Shown piece after piece: positions 61,458-64,000 of a stretch of DNA of 64,000 nucleotides. The first letter of the stretch is position 1. Every line of letters starts with the position of its first letter. Made by a program: the position numbers and the translations under genes. The notes beneath the pieces are model-generated. The model had not been told where the DNA came from, searched no databases, and worked only from the letters and a program-made list of their open reading frames with translations. The DNA comes from Comamonadaceae bacterium (GTDB lineage Bacteria; Pseudomonadota; Gammaproteobacteria; Burkholderiales; Burkholderiaceae_C). The stretch is taken from contig CANFYZ010000004.1 in assembly GCA_947451385.1 (NCBI GenBank), positions 9,525 to 73,524 of the forward strand, read 5' to 3'.

Positions 61458-61683
61458 GCAATGAGATGGTTGGGATACTTTACCAACTCGATGACAGGCC
61501 CGTGAAAATCAAAGGGGATTGCAAATATGTCAGCGTTTACCCCATTTCACAGAAATGTCATTTTACTTAGCATGAAAACAGAACGATCGTTCTTTTTATA
61601 TCCAACAGGAGACTTCCCATGATTTCGATGCGATTGAGACTTTCGGCTGTCAGCGCTGCGGTGCTGTTGGCGGCTTGCGGTGG
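61395..61683. repeat. duplicated promoter/signal-peptide cassette, copy A
   Basis: Aligns by eye to 63132-63428 with about 23 substitutions and two indels over ~290 bp. Covers the 5' end of the 60672-61457 gene, the divergent intergenic region, and the first 65 nt of the lipoprotein gene. Confidence 0.85.
61543..61563. promoter_or_regulatory. nested palindromes CATTTC-ACA-GAAATG-T-CATTT (candidate operator), copy A
   Basis: Lies within a 49-nt block that is identical in both cassette copies, 55-75 nt upstream of the lipoprotein ATG. The identical element is at 63287-63307. Confidence 0.3.
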
Positions 61684-62929
61684 ATCGGACACCGACCGCA
61701 GCGGCCAGTTGCTTGAGACACCCGCCTCCATTTACACCATGACCAAGGCCCAATTGGATGCGGCTGGTACGTCTTCTGGCCTCATTGGCTTGAGCGGCGC
61801 CGCCAAATGCGATGTCAATGTGGTGCCTTTGAACTATGTGACACCGGGCGTCAAAGGCGAAGCCTCAAATGCCTCTGGCGTATTGTTATTGCCCACAGGC
61901 ACGGGTTGTACTGCCGCCGCACCTTTGGTGGCTTATGCCAAAGGTACCGATGTGCAAAGAAATCGTACTTTAGCCAGCCCAACCGACAGTGAAACCGGCT
62001 TGCTTGCGGCCATGTACGCAGCCCAAGGCTATGCCGTGGTAGCGACCGATTACCTGGGCTTTGCAAAGTCGGCCTACACCTACCACCCCTATTTGCACGC
62101 CGCCTCTGAGGCCACCAGCGTGATCGACTCGATCCGCGCCGCACGCAATGCCGCCAAAGTCTTGGGGGCCAGCCTGAATGGCAAAGTCATGTTGACCGGC
62201 TACTCGCAAGGCGGTCACGCTTCCATGGCCGCCCACCGCGAAATTGAAAAAAATCTGTCCAGTGAAATCAATGTGGTCGCTGGCGCGCATTTGGCTGGAC
62301 CCTACAACCTGTCTGGCTCCATGAAACTGACAGACGCGATTGCCGGCTATCAGTTCTTTGTGCCTTATTTCATTACCGCGTGGCAGAAAATTTATGGCAC
62401 GTTGTACAGCAATGTCTCCACCGCCTTCAAAGCACCCTACTCGGGCTGGATCGAAACGCTGCTGCCCAACGCAACCCTGAACTACACCACTTTGGTCACC
62501 AACGGGCCAACAGCAGGCCAGTACTGGCTGCCAGGCTTTTTGGGTCAAAACCCCAATCAAGCCCGCGATGAAGTGTTCCAAGCCGCCTACATCACGGACA
62601 TTACCGCCAACCCCAACACCAACCCTGTGGTGGCGGCAGCTAAGCTCAATGACTTGCTGGATTGGAGCCCCAAGTCCAAAGTCTTGTTGTGCGGCGGCAG
62701 TGGGGACCCCACCGTTAACCCCGCAGTTCATCAAAACGTCATGAAAGCTGCGTTTGATGCCAAGGGCTTGACGAATGTGACTTCGGTCGATGTGAACCCT
62801 ACTATTGAACTTCTTTATGGCTCCGTCAAAACGTCTGCGCCAGTAACGTTTTACAGCAACTACCACGGCGGCTACGAGCCACCACTCTGTCATGCTCAAG
62901 GCCGTGGATTGTTTGACCTGTTGAAGTAA
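61619..62929 (+). CDS. lipoprotein, alpha/beta hydrolase (secretory-lipase-like)
   Basis: 436 aa. Signal peptide and lipobox MISMRLRLSAVSAAVLLAAC. Nucleophile elbow GYSQGG. Confidence 0.7.
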   Translation: MISMRLRLSAVSAAVLLAACGGSDTDRSGQLLETPASIYTMTKAQLDAAGTSSGLIGLSGAAKCDVNVVPLNYVTPGVKGEASNASGVLLLPTGTGCTAAAPLVAYAKGTDVQRNRTLASPTDSETGLLAAMYAAQGYAVVATDYLGFAKSAYTYHPYLHAASEATSVIDSIRAARNAAKVLGASLNGKVMLTGYSQGGHASMAAHREIEKNLSSEINVVAGAHLAGPYNLSGSMKLTDAIAGYQFFVPYFITAWQKIYGTLYSNVSTAFKAPYSGWIETLLPNATLNYTTLVTNGPTAGQYWLPGFLGQNPNQARDEVFQAAYITDITANPNTNPVVAAAKLNDLLDWSPKSKVLLCGGSGDPTVNPAVHQNVMKAAFDAKGLTNVTSVDVNPTIELLYGSVKTSAPVTFYSNYHGGYEPPLCHAQGRGLFDLLK

Positions 62930-63090
62930 TCAAGCCGCCGCGCGCTGCAACCGGTCCCGCACACCTTCCCACTCGGGGGTGTCGGGCGGTTGTTGCATCC
63001 AGATTATTCGCATGCGGCCCCAAGGCCTTTAGTTTCGTGGCCATGTCGTTAGCCGACATCAGCCAGACTTTCGTGTGAGGCTCCTAATGC
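62930..63090 (-). pseudogene. possible frameshifted gene remnant
   Basis: Two short minus-strand frames read like protein (...KVWLMSANDMATKLKALGP and ...IIWMQQPPDTPEWEGVRDRLQRAAA-stop at 62930-62932). They are in different frames with no plausible full-length ORF. Family not recognised. Confidence 0.3.
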
Positions 63091-63194
63091 GACACCAGCT
63101 TGCCTGAGGCCCGCGGTGCGCGCGCTTGCACGGCGTCGCGCGCACTGCCCACGATCCAGTCCATTTTTATATCGGATTTCATATCAGCCTTCAT
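63084..63194 (-). pseudogene. truncated 5' fragment of a paralogue of the 60672-61457 gene
   Basis: Encodes MKADMKSDIKMDWIVGSARDAV..., against MKADVKSDIKMVLIVGSAPDAL... in the intact gene. Similarity is lost after ~22 codons, and a stop follows at codon 37. Confidence 0.6.
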
Positions 63195-63428
63195 TCAATC
63201 AAATGGTGGGGTTACCTCGCCAACGCGATGTCAGGCCCGTGAAAATCAAAGGGGATTGCAAATAACAAATAGGTCAGCGTTTACCCCATTTCACAGAAAT
63301 GTCATTTTACTTAGCATGAAAAACAGAACAACCGTTCTTTTTAATTCCAATAGGAGACTTCCCATGATTTCGATGCGATTGAGACTTTCGGCTGTCAGCG
63401 CTGCGGTGCTGCTGGCGGCTTGCGGTGG
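63132..63428. repeat. duplicated promoter/signal-peptide cassette, copy B
   Basis: See copy A. The signal-peptide-coding 65 nt differ by a single synonymous change (CTG TTG versus CTG CTG). Confidence 0.85.
63287..63307. promoter_or_regulatory. nested palindromes CATTTC-ACA-GAAATG-T-CATTT (candidate operator), copy B
   Basis: Identical to 61543-61563 and in the same position relative to the downstream lipoprotein ATG. Confidence 0.3.
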
Positions 63429-64000
63429 CTCGACCATACCTCCGGAAGAAGCACGTATTCAGGACACAATTACTTTCAAGCCAGCCGCCGCCATTGCAAC
63501 CGCAACCACATTTGCCGCCATGGCCAGCGACGCCAGCGACACCGTAGCAATGAGCACGACAAGCCGATGGGCAGGTGTACTCAACGGCGCAGCCTATCAA
63601 GTCGAGGTTCCGGCAACCTGGAATGGCAAACTGGTCATGTACGCCCACGGTTACGCTGGTGCAGGCCTTGATCTGGGCGTGAACGCTCCCTCTATTCGAC
63701 GTTATTTGATTCAAAATGGCTACGCTTGGGCCGCCTCCAGCTACAGCAAAAACAATTACGACGTCCGCGCTGGTGTAGAAGACACCAACGCGTTGGCACT
63801 GGCATTCACGAAAATTGCCAGCAATAACTCTCGCACCCTCGCTGCACCGAGCAAAATCTACATCACAGGCCACTCAATGGGTGGGCATATCACCGCCGCA
63901 GCGATCGAGGACGAGGCCTACGCCACGGCCAATAACAAGGTGAAGTACAACGGCGCCGTTCCTATGTGTGGCGTGGTTGGCGATGCCGAACTGTTTAACC
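63364..64000 (+). CDS. lipoprotein, alpha/beta hydrolase (partial; runs off the window end)
   Basis: Absent from the ORF track because no stop is reached. Manual translation from the ATG at 63364 stays open to 64000. It has the same signal peptide/lipobox (MISMRLRLSAVSAAVLLAAC), then an unrelated mature domain with nucleophile elbow GHSMGG. Confidence 0.7.
   Translation, partial: MISMRLRLSAVSAAVLLAACGGSTIPPEEARIQDTITFKPAAAIATATTFAAMASDASDTVAMSTTSRWAGVLNGAAYQVEVPATWNGKLVMYAHGYAGAGLDLGVNAPSIRRYLIQNGYAWAASSYSKNNYDVRAGVEDTNALALAFTKIASNNSRTLAAPSKIYITGHSMGGHITAAAIEDEAYATANNKVKYNGAVPMCGVVGDAELFN

Overview
G+C-rich chromosomal segment, probably from a betaproteobacterium of the Burkholderiales/Comamonadaceae type. 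This placement is an inference from a Bug-family binding protein and from the gene orders fur-bamE-dapB-exbBD-leuS-lptE-holA-proA and hpf-ptsN-hprK. All homology calls come from reading the translated ORFs and recalling family motifs; no searches were run. About 65 genes are supportable, and most are housekeeping: leuS, uvrA, ssb, pntAB, fadD, corA, kup, psd, gshA, mnmA, pyrF, rimI/tsaB, dacB. Many long ORFs in the track are antisense artefacts of the high G+C. Several real genes needed their starts trimmed, and each trimmed start codon was checked in the sequence. The main feature lies at 49.16-54.70 kb: a complete type II-C CRISPR-Cas9 locus between pyrF and an EamA transporter. It contains a predicted minus-strand tracrRNA with a 21/21 anti-repeat, an extended -10 and a terminator. 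It also has a compact 1016-aa cas9 with intact RuvC and HNH motifs, cas1, cas2, and an array of six 36-nt repeats with five 30-nt spacers. An HI1419/HI1420-type toxin-antitoxin pair is wedged inside the cas operon between cas9 and cas1, with gaps of only 16 and 11 nt. The tracrRNA orientation implies the array is transcribed antisense to the cas genes, and there is no room for a leader on either side of it. Secondary observations: (1) a lower-G+C accessory tail (60.7-64.0 kb) carries a ~290-bp duplicated cassette of divergent promoter plus lipoprotein signal peptide, fused to two different alpha/beta-hydrolase genes, with gene remnants between them; (2) a tightly coupled lytic transglycosylase-MBOAT-SGNH-SGNH cluster suggests glycan O-acetylation; (3) a tcuAB cluster has periplasmic binding proteins in place of tcuC; (4) a (Pro-Ala)n microsatellite sits in a family-4 uracil-DNA glycosylase.
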